A DNA stretch of 64,000 nucleotides, from positions 16,139-80,138 of the forward strand of contig WJMJ01000128.1 of the NCBI GenBank assembly GCA_014728035.1, in the 5' to 3' direction. The DNA comes from Promethearchaeota archaeon. Its GTDB lineage: Archaea; Asgardarchaeota; Thorarchaeia; Thorarchaeales; Thorarchaeaceae. Shown in pieces: positions 10,022 through 20,556 of the stretch. How positions within the stretch are numbered: position 1 is the stretch's first letter; each line of letters begins with the position of its first letter. A model generated the notes under the pieces. It saw only the letters and a list, made by a program, of their open reading frames with translations. It was not told the origin of the DNA and made no database searches. A program made the translations under genes and the position numbers.

Positions 10022-11934
10022 GTTCTAAGTCTACGTTTAAGGATAACGACCAGAATAATTACTGCTACGGAAATAGCGCTACCAACCAATATCATCAGAA
10101 GTAGAGGGCTGTCTCCCGAACCAACAGGTGGATAGGGATTTCTCTCGTATAAGGTCAATGGAAAATTATCTACACTATTAGCATCACCATCTATAGGATA
10201 GATTGCAGCTACCGACGGGTCGAAATCACTCCATGAGTTACCTTGACTTATTCCATCATCCCACATATTCTCTGAGCCTTCATCACGAGCATTTCCTTCA
10301 CCATTCCAACCAATAGCATTTCCAAAAATGAGATTATACTGACATGTAGAAGTGTACACGCCAAGATAGATTCCATATAGTGTGTTGTTGAATACTGCAT
10401 TATTTCGAATGGTCACATTCGTTGTATCATATATGAATTCGATACCATTAGGTGAGTTGTTATAAATCCGATTTCCAAATATCATTAATTCGAAACACAC
10501 ACCAACAGAGATTCCACCATGTTGCCAAGTAAATTTGCCATTATGGTGAATGTCATTGAATTCGATATAGCAATCTTTTGAAGAATACAGACTGATTCCT
10601 GCAACCACATTGTGATACAGTTCAACTTCACGAACTTCACAACCTTCACAGAAGATCAACTGGATACCAATAGAAGTATTATGAATACTTCCGGATTCAA
10701 TAGTTACATCATCAGCATTTGTCAGGATTATCTGGCCGTAGATATCTGCACTAAGATTCACATTGAAATCAGCGTTCGAGTAGTACAGAGGTTTTCCATT
10801 GACAATATTTGATTCTATAGTATGAATAGTTTGCGATATTGAACTAGCCACGAGTTCAATTCCACCATTAACAAAAACATTGTTGGAAATTTCAATACTG
10901 TTAGAATAAACAACTTGCAGACTGGAGCTCCCTTCAAAGTAATTTTCTAGGATTGTCAAGCTATCTGATTCCAGAACGATTATACTTGAGCTGAATGCGA
11001 AAATGTCATTGTCGGAAATATGTGCATCATTTGAATGCCAAAGTCTCATTCCAACTGATACATCATTCAATGCATTATTCTCAATTTTGAAATCACGGGA
11101 GAATTCTACCGCAATCCCATAATTAGCCGATGTGATGATGTTATCAGATACAATCCACCCATAACCATCACCTGCTAAGACTAACACAACAGACAGCACT
11201 ACAGCAGCTTCATTATAAGTTGGGCCACTATGATTCAGAATGGTGTTGTTTTCACAGATGCAATTATAGGATACTCCACTCAGTAAGATAGATGCTTGAC
11301 TACAAGATTGTATTGTGCTATTAGAAATAGTTGCATTCTCGGAAGTTATGATACCTATCCCAATTATAGAAGTAGTCACTTGATTAAGTATAACATCAGT
11401 ATTGTTGCATTCGAGTCCATAAATCGCTTGGAATGAGTGATGAACTGAATTATTTTGGATAGATATTTCATTAACCGAATGAACCGAAATTCCCGAATCC
11501 TTGTCACGAATTATATTATCTGCTACTGTACCATGTGTCACATTTTCGAAATATATACCAGAACCAAAATCAGGCCCAAAAAATGAATAAGGGGAAACTG
11601 AATCAATCCAGCATAAAGTGATTTCAAAGTAACTATGGATATTGGTGATATTGATACAGGTAACATCAGAAGTGATATTTAATCCAGAAATTATGTATGG
11701 ATCATTTTCTGTTCCAGAACCACCAAATCCTAATGTGCCAAAATCGCTTTCTTCGTCAATCAAGATAGGTGAGTGAGGAGTATAAGATCCAGTAGATATC
11801 TCTAGCGTGAAGTTTCCATTATCAGACTTGTCAGAAACAATATTTAGCTCCATAGGGTATGGATTTTTGTTTATTGGTTGAAATAGTACGATTGATAGCA
11901 GCAAAACGCCAATGGTCAAGCTTCTTATTTTCAT
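10018..11934 (-). CDS. Membrane-anchored parallel beta-helix (NosD/CASH) protein, long form
   Basis: Signal peptide, GSGTENDPYIIS, many PbH1-type repeats, NIVNGKPLYY insert, C-terminal TM plus KRR. Confidence 0.85.
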   Translation of the reverse strand: MKIRSLTIGVLLLSIVLFQPINKNPYPMELNIVSDKSDNGNFTLEISTGSYTPHSPILIDEESDFGTLGFGGSGTENDPYIISGLNITSDVTCINITNIHSYFEITLCWIDSVSPYSFFGPDFGSGIYFENVTHGTVADNIIRDKDSGISVHSVNEISIQNNSVHHSFQAIYGLECNNTDVILNQVTTSIIGIGIITSENATISNSTIQSCSQASILLSGVSYNCICENNTILNHSGPTYNEAAVVLSVVLVLAGDGYGWIVSDNIITSANYGIAVEFSRDFKIENNALNDVSVGMRLWHSNDAHISDNDIFAFSSSIIVLESDSLTILENYFEGSSSLQVVYSNSIEISNNVFVNGGIELVASSISQTIHTIESNIVNGKPLYYSNADFNVNLSADIYGQIILTNADDVTIESGSIHNTSIGIQLIFCEGCEVREVELYHNVVAGISLYSSKDCYIEFNDIHHNGKFTWQHGGISVGVCFELMIFGNRIYNNSPNGIEFIYDTTNVTIRNNAVFNNTLYGIYLGVYTSTCQYNLIFGNAIGWNGEGNARDEGSENMWDDGISQGNSWSDFDPSVAAIYPIDGDANSVDNFPLTLYERNPYPPVGSGDSPLLLMILVGSAISVAVIILVVILKRRLRT

Positions 11935-12047
11935 AATCTCTCCTCAAATATTGTACAGTGAATACGAGTCCAAACGAATATGAATTCTTGTTTTGAAAGA
12001 ATAAAAAATCTACGCGGAGAAACGGACTCGATATATTAAATCGACAA

Positions 12048-13211
12048 TCATTTCTTTCTTTTAATAATCAAGATGATAATGACGATGACAATTCCAGCAC
12101 CAAATGCACCCAAAAGTAATGGATTCAATCCCATTGAAGGCATAGTAGGGTCAGCATCAATACTGGCCCGAGGATAGGGATCCTGATTTTCCGCAGCTCC
12201 ATCAATTGCATAGGGAAAATCAATGATATCATCATCGTTAGCGTCAGGAGCAATCCAATCAGAATAGAAATTGAACATGAATTCATTATTTGCTCCAGCA
12301 TCATAACACTGACTAGTACCAGTATTTTGTACAAACGAATTCCATGTAATAGAGTTATTTACAGAATTACTCGAAAGAGAAACCCCGTAGTCGGAGTTCA
12401 TTCCTATAAGATTTCGAAAAACCAATCCATCACTTGATGACCGAAAAGCAATACCAACTCCGTCATTAGATTCTATTACACAATTGTCAATATTGATGGC
12501 TTCACATGAAGTCAGATTTACTCCATCTAGACCAGAGTAGGTTATCTCATTGCGTGCGATGTTTATGGATGATGAAGAAGACAATCTGACAGCATCAGAT
12601 GTTGAGTTAACAATATCATTATCTTCAATTGACAGTGTATCAGTGTCAATGGAAAGAATACCATTATCTCCGTTATGTTCAATATCACTTTCACGGATTG
12701 TAACATTGCTACAGGAAGATTTCATTTCAATTCCTTGAGCCGTGTTACTATGAATATCACAGAGTTGAATCATAACATTTTCACAATTTGAGAGAAGAAT
12801 GCCTGATGACCGATTATAGATTTCTACATTGAGTATTCTTCCGTTTGATACCTGATTTAGAAAAATTCCGGTCCATGTTCCACTTCCATTAATTATACAA
12901 TCAGAAAGTAAGAAGTAAACTGAAGTATCGGAAATACTAATCGCATGAGTAGTTGTATTATCAAATTGATATCCAGTTATCACATACGGATCGCTAAACA
13001 CTCCAGATCCGGTCCACCCTTCCGATATCGCAAGATTCTGAAAATCCAGATTACTGGTTATTAAAATAGGATCATGATACGCTATACTAGTGTCAATAAA
13101 TTTAGGGGATTGCCAAGTCTTCTTGGTTGAATCCAGAGGATATACATACATCATAGTAGTTATCAAAATCAAAAGGAGAAGGAAACTGGTTTTTTTATTC
13201 ATCTTCTTCAC
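12048..13211 (-). CDS. Membrane-anchored parallel beta-helix (NosD/CASH) protein
   Basis: Signal peptide, GWTGSGVFSDPYVI, beta-helix repeats, DANDDDIID Ca-binding-like loop, TM plus KRKK. Confidence 0.85.
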   Translation of the reverse strand: MKKMNKKTSFLLLLILITTMMYVYPLDSTKKTWQSPKFIDTSIAYHDPILITSNLDFQNLAISEGWTGSGVFSDPYVITGYQFDNTTTHAISISDTSVYFLLSDCIINGSGTWTGIFLNQVSNGRILNVEIYNRSSGILLSNCENVMIQLCDIHSNTAQGIEMKSSCSNVTIRESDIEHNGDNGILSIDTDTLSIEDNDIVNSTSDAVRLSSSSSINIARNEITYSGLDGVNLTSCEAINIDNCVIESNDGVGIAFRSSSDGLVFRNLIGMNSDYGVSLSSNSVNNSITWNSFVQNTGTSQCYDAGANNEFMFNFYSDWIAPDANDDDIIDFPYAIDGAAENQDPYPRASIDADPTMPSMGLNPLLLGAFGAGIVIVIIILIIKRKK

Positions 13212-13290
13212 TCCAAGCTGAGATATGAAGGCATCAGACTCTGTGATAAGAGAAAGTCGTGTTCAGTTATAAGGAATACTTTTTGAAAAT

Positions 13291-14661
13291 TTAGAAACGT
13301 TTCCTCACAAAAACTATCAAGATAAATACACATATTGCCGATACTATCGAAGAAACAGCGATGCGCATCAAATCCAACGCATTGAACGGGCTATCAGAAT
13401 AATACATCTGATTTATGATGAGAATAGATTCATTTCTGTATGGATTCTCATGTGGTCTGGAATCACTAATTCCTGTAGTACCTGCAAGCTGATACGGAAC
13501 ATCCACAACTTGATTGTTATCGATGTCGGGCTCTGTGTGGTCGGAATAGAAGTTATCTACAAATACGGTACTTATTCCATTATCATTAGCTTGAGGTGAT
13601 ATTCCATTATGAACAAAATCATTCTGCAGAACGGTGTTGTTGGTACAGCTTGGTTCGATTATCACTCCATAACTTTCACTTAGAGCAAATATGTTCCAAG
13701 ATATTCTGTTTCTTGAAGTAGATTGATTTTCTAGCGACGATGATTGTAGACGAAGCCCTTCATTAGAACAGTTCATTAGAATATTTCCATGAATTGTACA
13801 GTCTGATGCCAAAATCCACAACCCCCGATTACAGTTCTCCATGAGGTTAAAACTAAAAACACATTGTGCTGCCTGAGAACCTAGAGCTTCTCTATTTGAC
13901 ATGATTATTCCAGTCTGCCGAACTGATTGGATGTGATTTCGTATTACGGAAACATATACCGATTCTAAGATGTGAATACCTACAGATCTAAGGTCACTAA
14001 TCGTATTATTATCCAATACCAACCTGTTCTCTTCAGTCCCATGAGATGATGAAATGATGATGCCAGCACCTATGCAATCATAAATTGAATTTTCAGTCAC
14101 CACGATTGGACCAGAACAATTAGCTATCTGTATTGCGGAATATTCATCGGTCACAATATTTTCATTGATAGAAAAATTTGAACAGTTATAGATAACAATT
14201 CCATTCGTACCGTTCAATATGGTGTTTCGTTCAATAATGAAGTTCGTGCTATTTGAAATTTGGATTGCAGCCCATTGCGATGAATAGGTATTCAGGTAAT
14301 TGTCTAAGATATGAAAATGCAATCTAATGTTCTGGATACGAATCAGCCAACTTATTCCTTCTATAGAATACCGTTGGATTAGTATTGGATTCTCAATCGT
14401 TCCTGTTCCACTCCACTCATTTTCAGTTGCAATAGAAAGAAAATTCTCATCACTATCAATATGAATGGGATGCCTGTTTTCATAGAATGCTGCGTTTTCA
14501 ATTGAAGATACATTCAAATCCTGTTGGTTTTTTGTGAGAACTGGTATTGTTAATAGACTGAATAGAAGAAGAATGGTTAGCAACGATTGAAAAAGGTTGT
14601 ATCGCATTACGAACATCAAGCTAGATAGATGTGGTTTCAGAATTAATAGATTTACATCCAA
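13291..14661 (-). CDS. Membrane-anchored parallel beta-helix (NosD/CASH) protein
   Basis: Signal peptide, WSGTGTIENPILI, beta-helix repeats, DIDNNQVVD loop, TM plus RKRF; real start probably a little downstream of 14661. Confidence 0.85.
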   Translation of the reverse strand: MDVNLLILKPHLSSLMFVMRYNLFQSLLTILLLFSLLTIPVLTKNQQDLNVSSIENAAFYENRHPIHIDSDENFLSIATENEWSGTGTIENPILIQRYSIEGISWLIRIQNIRLHFHILDNYLNTYSSQWAAIQISNSTNFIIERNTILNGTNGIVIYNCSNFSINENIVTDEYSAIQIANCSGPIVVTENSIYDCIGAGIIISSSHGTEENRLVLDNNTISDLRSVGIHILESVYVSVIRNHIQSVRQTGIIMSNREALGSQAAQCVFSFNLMENCNRGLWILASDCTIHGNILMNCSNEGLRLQSSSLENQSTSRNRISWNIFALSESYGVIIEPSCTNNTVLQNDFVHNGISPQANDNGISTVFVDNFYSDHTEPDIDNNQVVDVPYQLAGTTGISDSRPHENPYRNESILIINQMYYSDSPFNALDLMRIAVSSIVSAICVFILIVFVRKRF

Positions 14662-14790
14662 GCATCAAAGTAAGAGTAATGCTGGAATATCTGGCATTTC
14701 ATAATAATCTGCAAAATTGATTTATACTTCAAATTTTAACCTGTAACCTGGGAAACAAAATAGGTATCATTTGAAATCTGGGAGATCATT

Positions 14791-17535
14791 ATGGAAACAG
14801 AATCTTTCGAGATCATCAGTTGCGATATAGAAGAGAATGAAGTAGAAATAATGGGCATCCCAATTTCAAACATATATTTTTCTAATGAATCTCTTGAAGA
14901 GAATACCTACTACTCTTTTGTTGGTGAAAAATTACCCCAAGTAGTTATGAAAGGTGTGAAAATTAATAAAGGCCAAAATAGTAGTTTCAAGCTTGATCAA
15001 ATAGGTGTATCAAAAGATATAGCGAGTCTTCTAGGTGGTAGAAAAAAAGCCAGTCTTTCATATTGTGGAATGTCATATTGGGGAATTAGCTTACTAGCTG
15101 ATGATAGATTTTCTGCAAATGAATCTATTTACTGTGATGAAGAATATCTCTATCTTGTTGACAACGTGTTTATTGAAATATTTGACAAGAAAACTTTACA
15201 TAGACTATCTACCATAAATATTGGAAGAAGGAAGATTCGTGTAATCAACACATCTAATGAGAAGTTATTTGTTATTGTTAACGAGTATATCTATGTATTT
15301 TCAAGACACAATTGGCGTCTTCTAAAGGGTAGACAATATACAGCAAAAGAACCGAAAGAAATACTTCCGGTTTTCAGAAAAAATAATTTCTTCGTGTTTG
15401 AAAAAGCAATTATTCGTATTGAAACTGATACTTATACGGAGAAAAAATACCTTGGAGGCACAAGGTCAACAGGAGCTATCACAGTTGATGATTCACACCT
15501 TTATCAAAGCGGATACAACGGTATAATGAAGATTTGGAAACTTAATCAGGATAGACCATTTACTGAATTACGGGGGCATAAGGCTGAATATCTATTGAAT
15601 GATGAAATCTATATCTATTCTTTCAAAGAAAATAAAATCAATATATGGAGCAAAGGAAGAAAAGAACTAAGAGTAAAAGGTTTAGTAGGTTCAATTTCTG
15701 CTCCACCTGCACAGTCAAAGAGATTTTTATTTGTCCCGATTGGTCAAATAATGTTGGTATTGGAAAAAACAACTTGGGAAAGTGTAACTATAGAAACTGG
15801 CAAGGTCAAATCAGTTTGTGCTGACAATGACAGAATATACGTACTAAGCGAGGATGAACTAAAGATATATCAAGAAGACACACACAAACTCATCTCAAGA
15901 CTTGAACGATCGGACCAGAAACTCAGAAAAAATGAAAGAGGGGGTTATTGGGGTGTGCTGAACGATAAGGTATATGCTGACATCTTTGAGGGGATGGAAA
16001 TGCATACCTATAGATGGGACATTGGTGACTGGGAGCCGAAAGTTGTCCATAGAGATGAATTCAAATTTTCCGACAGGTCAAAATCATCCCATGTGAGTCA
16101 GATTGGATCTCATATCGTCTTTATTTCCGACAAGAAGAATACTGCAGATATAGTAGGAAAGATGCTTGATACCTTGCAATTCGAAATGCCAATGGTGATA
16201 AAAAGCTCTGTTACACGGATAATTGAACCTGTTCTCTTGCAGACTAAAACAGATTTGTTTCATTTAGAATTGATACAAATGACAAGTGACCTTGAAATAC
16301 CTAGGGATTTCAAAATTAGAAGTCTAGATTTCTCTAGTGAGTCTACAATGGAAAAAGAGGAAAGAACTGAAGAACCAGTCGTTCCCGAGCTTATCCCCTC
16401 CAGTGACGAAATTAAGGAAGCGATAGATGAAATCGAATCCCACGGAGTTGTTGTGAAACGAGGCTATGTTAGTGAAGGTGGTAGTATAAAATACAAGGTC
16501 AAGATCGAAAATCATACTAAATATGTCATTAATAATGTTACAATCAATATTCTGGGATATCCAAATGATACGCTGAAACTAGTCAGTTCAAAAGAGAGAA
16601 TCGTTCAACGTATTGAACCAAATGGCGCATTCAGATCTCTGCAATTCATATTTCAACCAACTCAAGATTGTGTTGAAGGAGAGATACTTGCTACAGTATC
16701 CTATATAGACCACCAGAATGAGATTGTAACTATCAAAGTTGCACCTCAAGTCATACGATCGATATGCGATATGTTGGAACCAATTGAGATGCGATTAGAT
16801 GAGGTCATGGAATGTATTGATACAATGGATTCTGGACTTGAAGAACATCCTTTGCCATGGAATGCTGCTGTTACTTTTTCAATGCTGTCAAGATTAGTTG
16901 CACTAAAGAATATCCAAGTTACTAGTAGCGAGTCTCGGGAGGTTGGTAAGCAGTTTATTGGTACAATTCGAGGTATGGCTAAAGGAAAATATACGGATAA
17001 GCGAATAGCTCTTGAAATCGTCATAGTTGGCAATATTGCAGACCCAAAATGTATGATGAGTTTGAAGATCTGTAGTGATGAGGAAGATATGATTCCGGTG
17101 TTAATCACGGAAATCATGAAAGAGATTAGAAATCTGAGACTTTCCATAGACAAGGTTGTTACTGATATGGACCAACTCCTAATGAATGCAGGAGAATCTT
17201 TGGAATCAAGTAAAATCATTCTTGCAAGTATCCAAGAACTTGAATCAAAACAAGATACTAATTCATTATTAGCCAAGAAGATATTGGACTTGATAACGCG
17301 AAAATATGAGGAAATACTGACAAAGGAGGTTAATGAGGAAGCTGCAATTAATGAAACTCTTGATTTAGTAAAAATGATGTCCGAAAAAGTCCTAGAAAAG
17401 AAGTCCATTCGGGATCGTCTTATGTCGGGATTAAGAAAAGTTGCCAGTGAAAAAATTGAGAAGTCAGCAGCACAAGTCCTCTGTGGAATTGCAAAAACAG
17501 CTTTGTTGGTACTAACAGGAATTCCGATACCATAA
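14791..17535 (+). CDS. WD40/beta-propeller protein with adaptin/beta-COP appendage-like (Ig + platform) domain and helical C-terminus
   Basis: Propeller blades (AITVDDSHLYQSGYNGIMKIW...LRGH; SVCADNDRIYVLSEDELKIY). Aa ~553-780 (YKVKIENHT...IRSICDMLEP...SLKICSDEEDM) resembles the appendage sandwich plus platform, followed by a helical/coiled-coil tail. Confidence 0.65.
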   Translation: METESFEIISCDIEENEVEIMGIPISNIYFSNESLEENTYYSFVGEKLPQVVMKGVKINKGQNSSFKLDQIGVSKDIASLLGGRKKASLSYCGMSYWGISLLADDRFSANESIYCDEEYLYLVDNVFIEIFDKKTLHRLSTINIGRRKIRVINTSNEKLFVIVNEYIYVFSRHNWRLLKGRQYTAKEPKEILPVFRKNNFFVFEKAIIRIETDTYTEKKYLGGTRSTGAITVDDSHLYQSGYNGIMKIWKLNQDRPFTELRGHKAEYLLNDEIYIYSFKENKINIWSKGRKELRVKGLVGSISAPPAQSKRFLFVPIGQIMLVLEKTTWESVTIETGKVKSVCADNDRIYVLSEDELKIYQEDTHKLISRLERSDQKLRKNERGGYWGVLNDKVYADIFEGMEMHTYRWDIGDWEPKVVHRDEFKFSDRSKSSHVSQIGSHIVFISDKKNTADIVGKMLDTLQFEMPMVIKSSVTRIIEPVLLQTKTDLFHLELIQMTSDLEIPRDFKIRSLDFSSESTMEKEERTEEPVVPELIPSSDEIKEAIDEIESHGVVVKRGYVSEGGSIKYKVKIENHTKYVINNVTINILGYPNDTLKLVSSKERIVQRIEPNGAFRSLQFIFQPTQDCVEGEILATVSYIDHQNEIVTIKVAPQVIRSICDMLEPIEMRLDEVMECIDTMDSGLEEHPLPWNAAVTFSMLSRLVALKNIQVTSSESREVGKQFIGTIRGMAKGKYTDKRIALEIVIVGNIADPKCMMSLKICSDEEDMIPVLITEIMKEIRNLRLSIDKVVTDMDQLLMNAGESLESSKIILASIQELESKQDTNSLLAKKILDLITRKYEEILTKEVNEEAAINETLDLVKMMSEKVLEKKSIRDRLMSGLRKVASEKIEKSAAQVLCGIAKTALLVLTGIPIP

Positions 17536-17579
17536 CATTCGGAGTGAGATGCTCAAGAATGAATGCCAGCTGCAGATAG

Positions 17580-18170
17580 TTAGTCTTCAGTTTCTTCCAA
17601 TGGGTCTATTATTTCGACATATAACTCATTGAGCTCAAAAAAGATCTCATAATACTCAGGGCTTCTAATTTTAATGAAAAGTGCATCATCAAGTCGGTCG
17701 ACATCTACAAATTTGAGTTTTCTTTCTAATGTCCGAGGATAATATCCGTAGAGCAATGAAATAACCATCAGAAGGAATATCACTAGTAATGGAAAAAGAG
17801 GAGGAAGAATAGGGCGGTCGTTGTAGTATGCACTCAAAACACCCAGAAGAAAATAGATTCCAGGATACCAAAGAATTAGAAAAGCAATCCATGCCTTGAT
17901 TATTTTTCCAGTTGTTCTAACAGCTTTGCTTCCGTGACGCATACATGTTGGGACCCAAATCACAGTTGCTCCTTTCTTCGCGTGTAGTAGTGATTCCGTC
18001 TTATCTGCACTACCACTAAATGTTGTAGACGCAAGTTGTTTGTCCTCACTGCTCCAAACTTGCATTGATACCAAATCTTCAGCTTCAGCAAGACAGACTG
18101 GACATATCTCTGGAAAGACTACTTTAGATAGCTTAACCTTCAATAGGGGATTTCCATTTTTCTTGCTCAC
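17580..18170 (-). CDS. Zn-finger membrane protein, unknown function
   Basis: FPEICPVC...VPTCMRH metal-binding pair followed by two TM helices. Confidence 0.7.
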   Translation of the reverse strand: MSKKNGNPLLKVKLSKVVFPEICPVCLAEAEDLVSMQVWSSEDKQLASTTFSGSADKTESLLHAKKGATVIWVPTCMRHGSKAVRTTGKIIKAWIAFLILWYPGIYFLLGVLSAYYNDRPILPPLFPLLVIFLLMVISLLYGYYPRTLERKLKFVDVDRLDDALFIKIRSPEYYEIFFELNELYVEIIDPLEETED

Positions 18171-18189
18171 AGTTGATATTCACACCTTT

Positions 18190-18585
18190 CTATTTTTCAG
18201 CAGATTCTCCATCAGGAGGCATAACTAAAATCTGAACACTAGTCTGAGGTCGCTCCGTTTCAGGTTCATATGCGTCAAACGTGTCGAATGTCATTTGATA
18301 TCGAAAACGTTTCTCCATCTTCTTGATTTCATGGGCAATTCTGACAGAGAGGCCAATTCCTTTGAAACCATATCCTCGAATGGCAACCATTTTGTTTCCA
18401 TTCTTGACCAAATCATAAGCAGTGTTTGCAACTTTATAGACATCAATTCTCCCAGCAACATTAGAAATTTCTAATAGAATATAATCACTGGTGGGAAAGA
18501 CTCCAACATCTTTTTCCATGGTTGCTGCAATCAGAGAGTCGTCGGTAATTCTTAGCTGTTCGGGAATTCGGTCTCGGAGAGTCAT
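18190..18585 (-). CDS. Alba-fold nucleic-acid-binding protein (divergent)
   Basis: VAIRGYGFKGIGLSVRIAHEIKK...TFD...ERPQTSVQILV parallels Alba (IKARGRAISRAVDVAE...RNVSTIEIVL); start MTLRD at 18585 avoids overlap with the next gene. Confidence 0.6.
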   Translation of the reverse strand: MTLRDRIPEQLRITDDSLIAATMEKDVGVFPTSDYILLEISNVAGRIDVYKVANTAYDLVKNGNKMVAIRGYGFKGIGLSVRIAHEIKKMEKRFRYQMTFDTFDAYEPETERPQTSVQILVMPPDGESAEK

Positions 18586-18691
18586 AATTAATACCTTGAG
18601 AAAAGGACTAATCAATGTGTTGTCCAACGTACACAGGTCAAACACTATATGGTACAAATACAAATTAGTTACGCTAAAGGAGTAGAGCGCG

Positions 18692-19672
18692 ATGGAGAAG
18701 AATAAGACTGCTGCAATAGCAATCACTGCTATTGTGATTTCGTCATTAGTACTTGTTGCTGTTTGGTATCCTACAACTGTCCCAGATGTGAGAATCGGAT
18801 ACTTATCTCAAGACCTGCATCAACTAGCTCTGAGGGTAGCTGTTGTCAAGGGCTGGTTTGCCGAAGAAGGACTAGAAGTAGAATTAGTGCAATATGGAAA
18901 TGGAGCCCATGAGATGGACGGGTTTAACGGTGGGCAAATAGATATGGGATATCTAGGAGCTGCTCCAGCAATCACAAAACGCATCAACCAAGAGGTCTTG
19001 ATTACCATCCTGGCTGCTGTGAATCTCGAGGGTTCAGCAATAATGGGCTTGAAATCAGAATATGATGCTGGTAGAGTGACCACTATCGCAGATCTGGAGG
19101 GAAAAACAGTTTATCAACCAGGACCTTCAACTGTTCAAAATTTCCTTCTTCGCCTTGCATTGAATCAATCAGGACTCTCTTTTGAAGACATTATACCCGG
19201 AACCACATCCCCGGCGTATATGGCGGATTCACTTACCCCAGAAGCACCTGCCTTTGTAGTCTGGGAGCCATTCAATGCTCGAGCAGAATATGAAGGGAAA
19301 GCAGTTCCATTAGCAAAATCAGGTGAGATCTGGCCAGAGCATCCTTGTTGTGTAGTAGCATCGACTAACACATTTCTCTCAGACCATCCAGATATCGTAC
19401 AAAAGGTCATTGATATTCACAAGCGAGCTGAAGATTGGATTAACACCAACCCGGAAGATGCAATTCAGATAGCGATGGATTGGCTAATGATGGATGAAAC
19501 ACCAGTTTCAAACGCGTTCGACAACATCATTTTCGATTACAATCTGAATATGACGGGCCTTGAAAGATATCTTAGCTTTCTTATTGATGAAGAACAGGTC
19601 AGTATGGATCAAAGCGATATTGGAACTTTCTTTGATTCTTTTGTCAATACAACTTTTATTGAGAGCATCTGA
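18692..19672 (+). CDS. ABC transporter substrate-binding protein, nitrate/sulfonate/taurine (SsuA/TauA/NMT1-like)
   Basis: N-terminal anchor, RIGYL..DLHQL, IDMGYLGAAP, WEPF, WPEHPCCV. Confidence 0.9.
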   Translation: MEKNKTAAIAITAIVISSLVLVAVWYPTTVPDVRIGYLSQDLHQLALRVAVVKGWFAEEGLEVELVQYGNGAHEMDGFNGGQIDMGYLGAAPAITKRINQEVLITILAAVNLEGSAIMGLKSEYDAGRVTTIADLEGKTVYQPGPSTVQNFLLRLALNQSGLSFEDIIPGTTSPAYMADSLTPEAPAFVVWEPFNARAEYEGKAVPLAKSGEIWPEHPCCVVASTNTFLSDHPDIVQKVIDIHKRAEDWINTNPEDAIQIAMDWLMMDETPVSNAFDNIIFDYNLNMTGLERYLSFLIDEEQVSMDQSDIGTFFDSFVNTTFIESI

Positions 19673-19713
19673 GTAAAACGGCAGATTCAAAGGAACGATA
19701 CTGCGCTAACAAC

Positions 19714-20556
19714 TTGAGAAAAATGAAGTCCCAACAGGATACTACAAGTGTTAGCCAGTCAGTTCCTCAAAAAGGGAAAGATATCCGAAAAAGAAGAGGA
19801 ATCAACTTATTTCTGAAGATAATTCTACCCATTACAATTCTGGTTGGCCTCTGGCAACTTGTAGCCATACTTTCTGGAACTTCAATAGTAGAAGTGGTGG
19901 AGGCATTTGTAAGATTATCCATTGAAGGAGATAGTGAGGGACACCTCCTGATTGATCATGTACGAATGAGTCTCTTTCGCGTGGTTCTGGGATTCCTAAC
20001 CGCAATTATTACTGCAATACCAATTGGAATTGCTATTGGAAGATATCAATTGATAAACGATATTTTTGGTCCAGTCGTGGATGCAATGAGACCGATTCCT
20101 CCCATTGCATGGATACCACTATCAATACTCATGTTCCGTGCAAATCTTATTGGCTCTCAAGTTTTCATCATCTGGATAGGAGCATTCTTTCCAATCTTGA
20201 TTAACACAACCACGGGAGTAAGAAGAACTGAACCAGTTCACGTAGATGTTGCCAAGACATTCGGAGCATCTGAAACACAAATACTATCAAAAATTGTAAT
20301 TCCCTCAGCAGGACCTGAAATATTCGCTGGATTCCGAATAGGATTTGGAATAGGCTGGATGTGTCTAGTTGCATCAGAAATGATAGGTGGAGGTCTCGGT
20401 CTTGGATATCTCGTACTCATCATGCAACAAGTAGGAAGAACTGGAGAGGTGATTTCGGCAATGTTGCTAATAGGACTCATTGGGTTTCTAATTAGTTACG
20501 TCTTTCTCATAATCGAGAAAAACCTGCTCAAATGGAGGCAGGATGTTTCTGTGTAG
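19714..20556 (+). CDS. ABC transporter permease (SsuC/TauC-like)
   Basis: SLFRV, RPIPPIAWIP, EAA-type loop VAKTFGAS, VASEM..GLGY. Confidence 0.93.
   Translation: MRKMKSQQDTTSVSQSVPQKGKDIRKRRGINLFLKIILPITILVGLWQLVAILSGTSIVEVVEAFVRLSIEGDSEGHLLIDHVRMSLFRVVLGFLTAIITAIPIGIAIGRYQLINDIFGPVVDAMRPIPPIAWIPLSILMFRANLIGSQVFIIWIGAFFPILINTTTGVRRTEPVHVDVAKTFGASETQILSKIVIPSAGPEIFAGFRIGFGIGWMCLVASEMIGGGLGLGYLVLIMQQVGRTGEVISAMLLIGLIGFLISYVFLIIEKNLLKWRQDVSV

Noticed and set aside
16746-17408. 220-aa minus-strand ORF (likewise 58972..59613 and other nested ORFs)
   Set aside because: Ser/Ile/Phe-rich antisense shadows fully inside well-supported genes.
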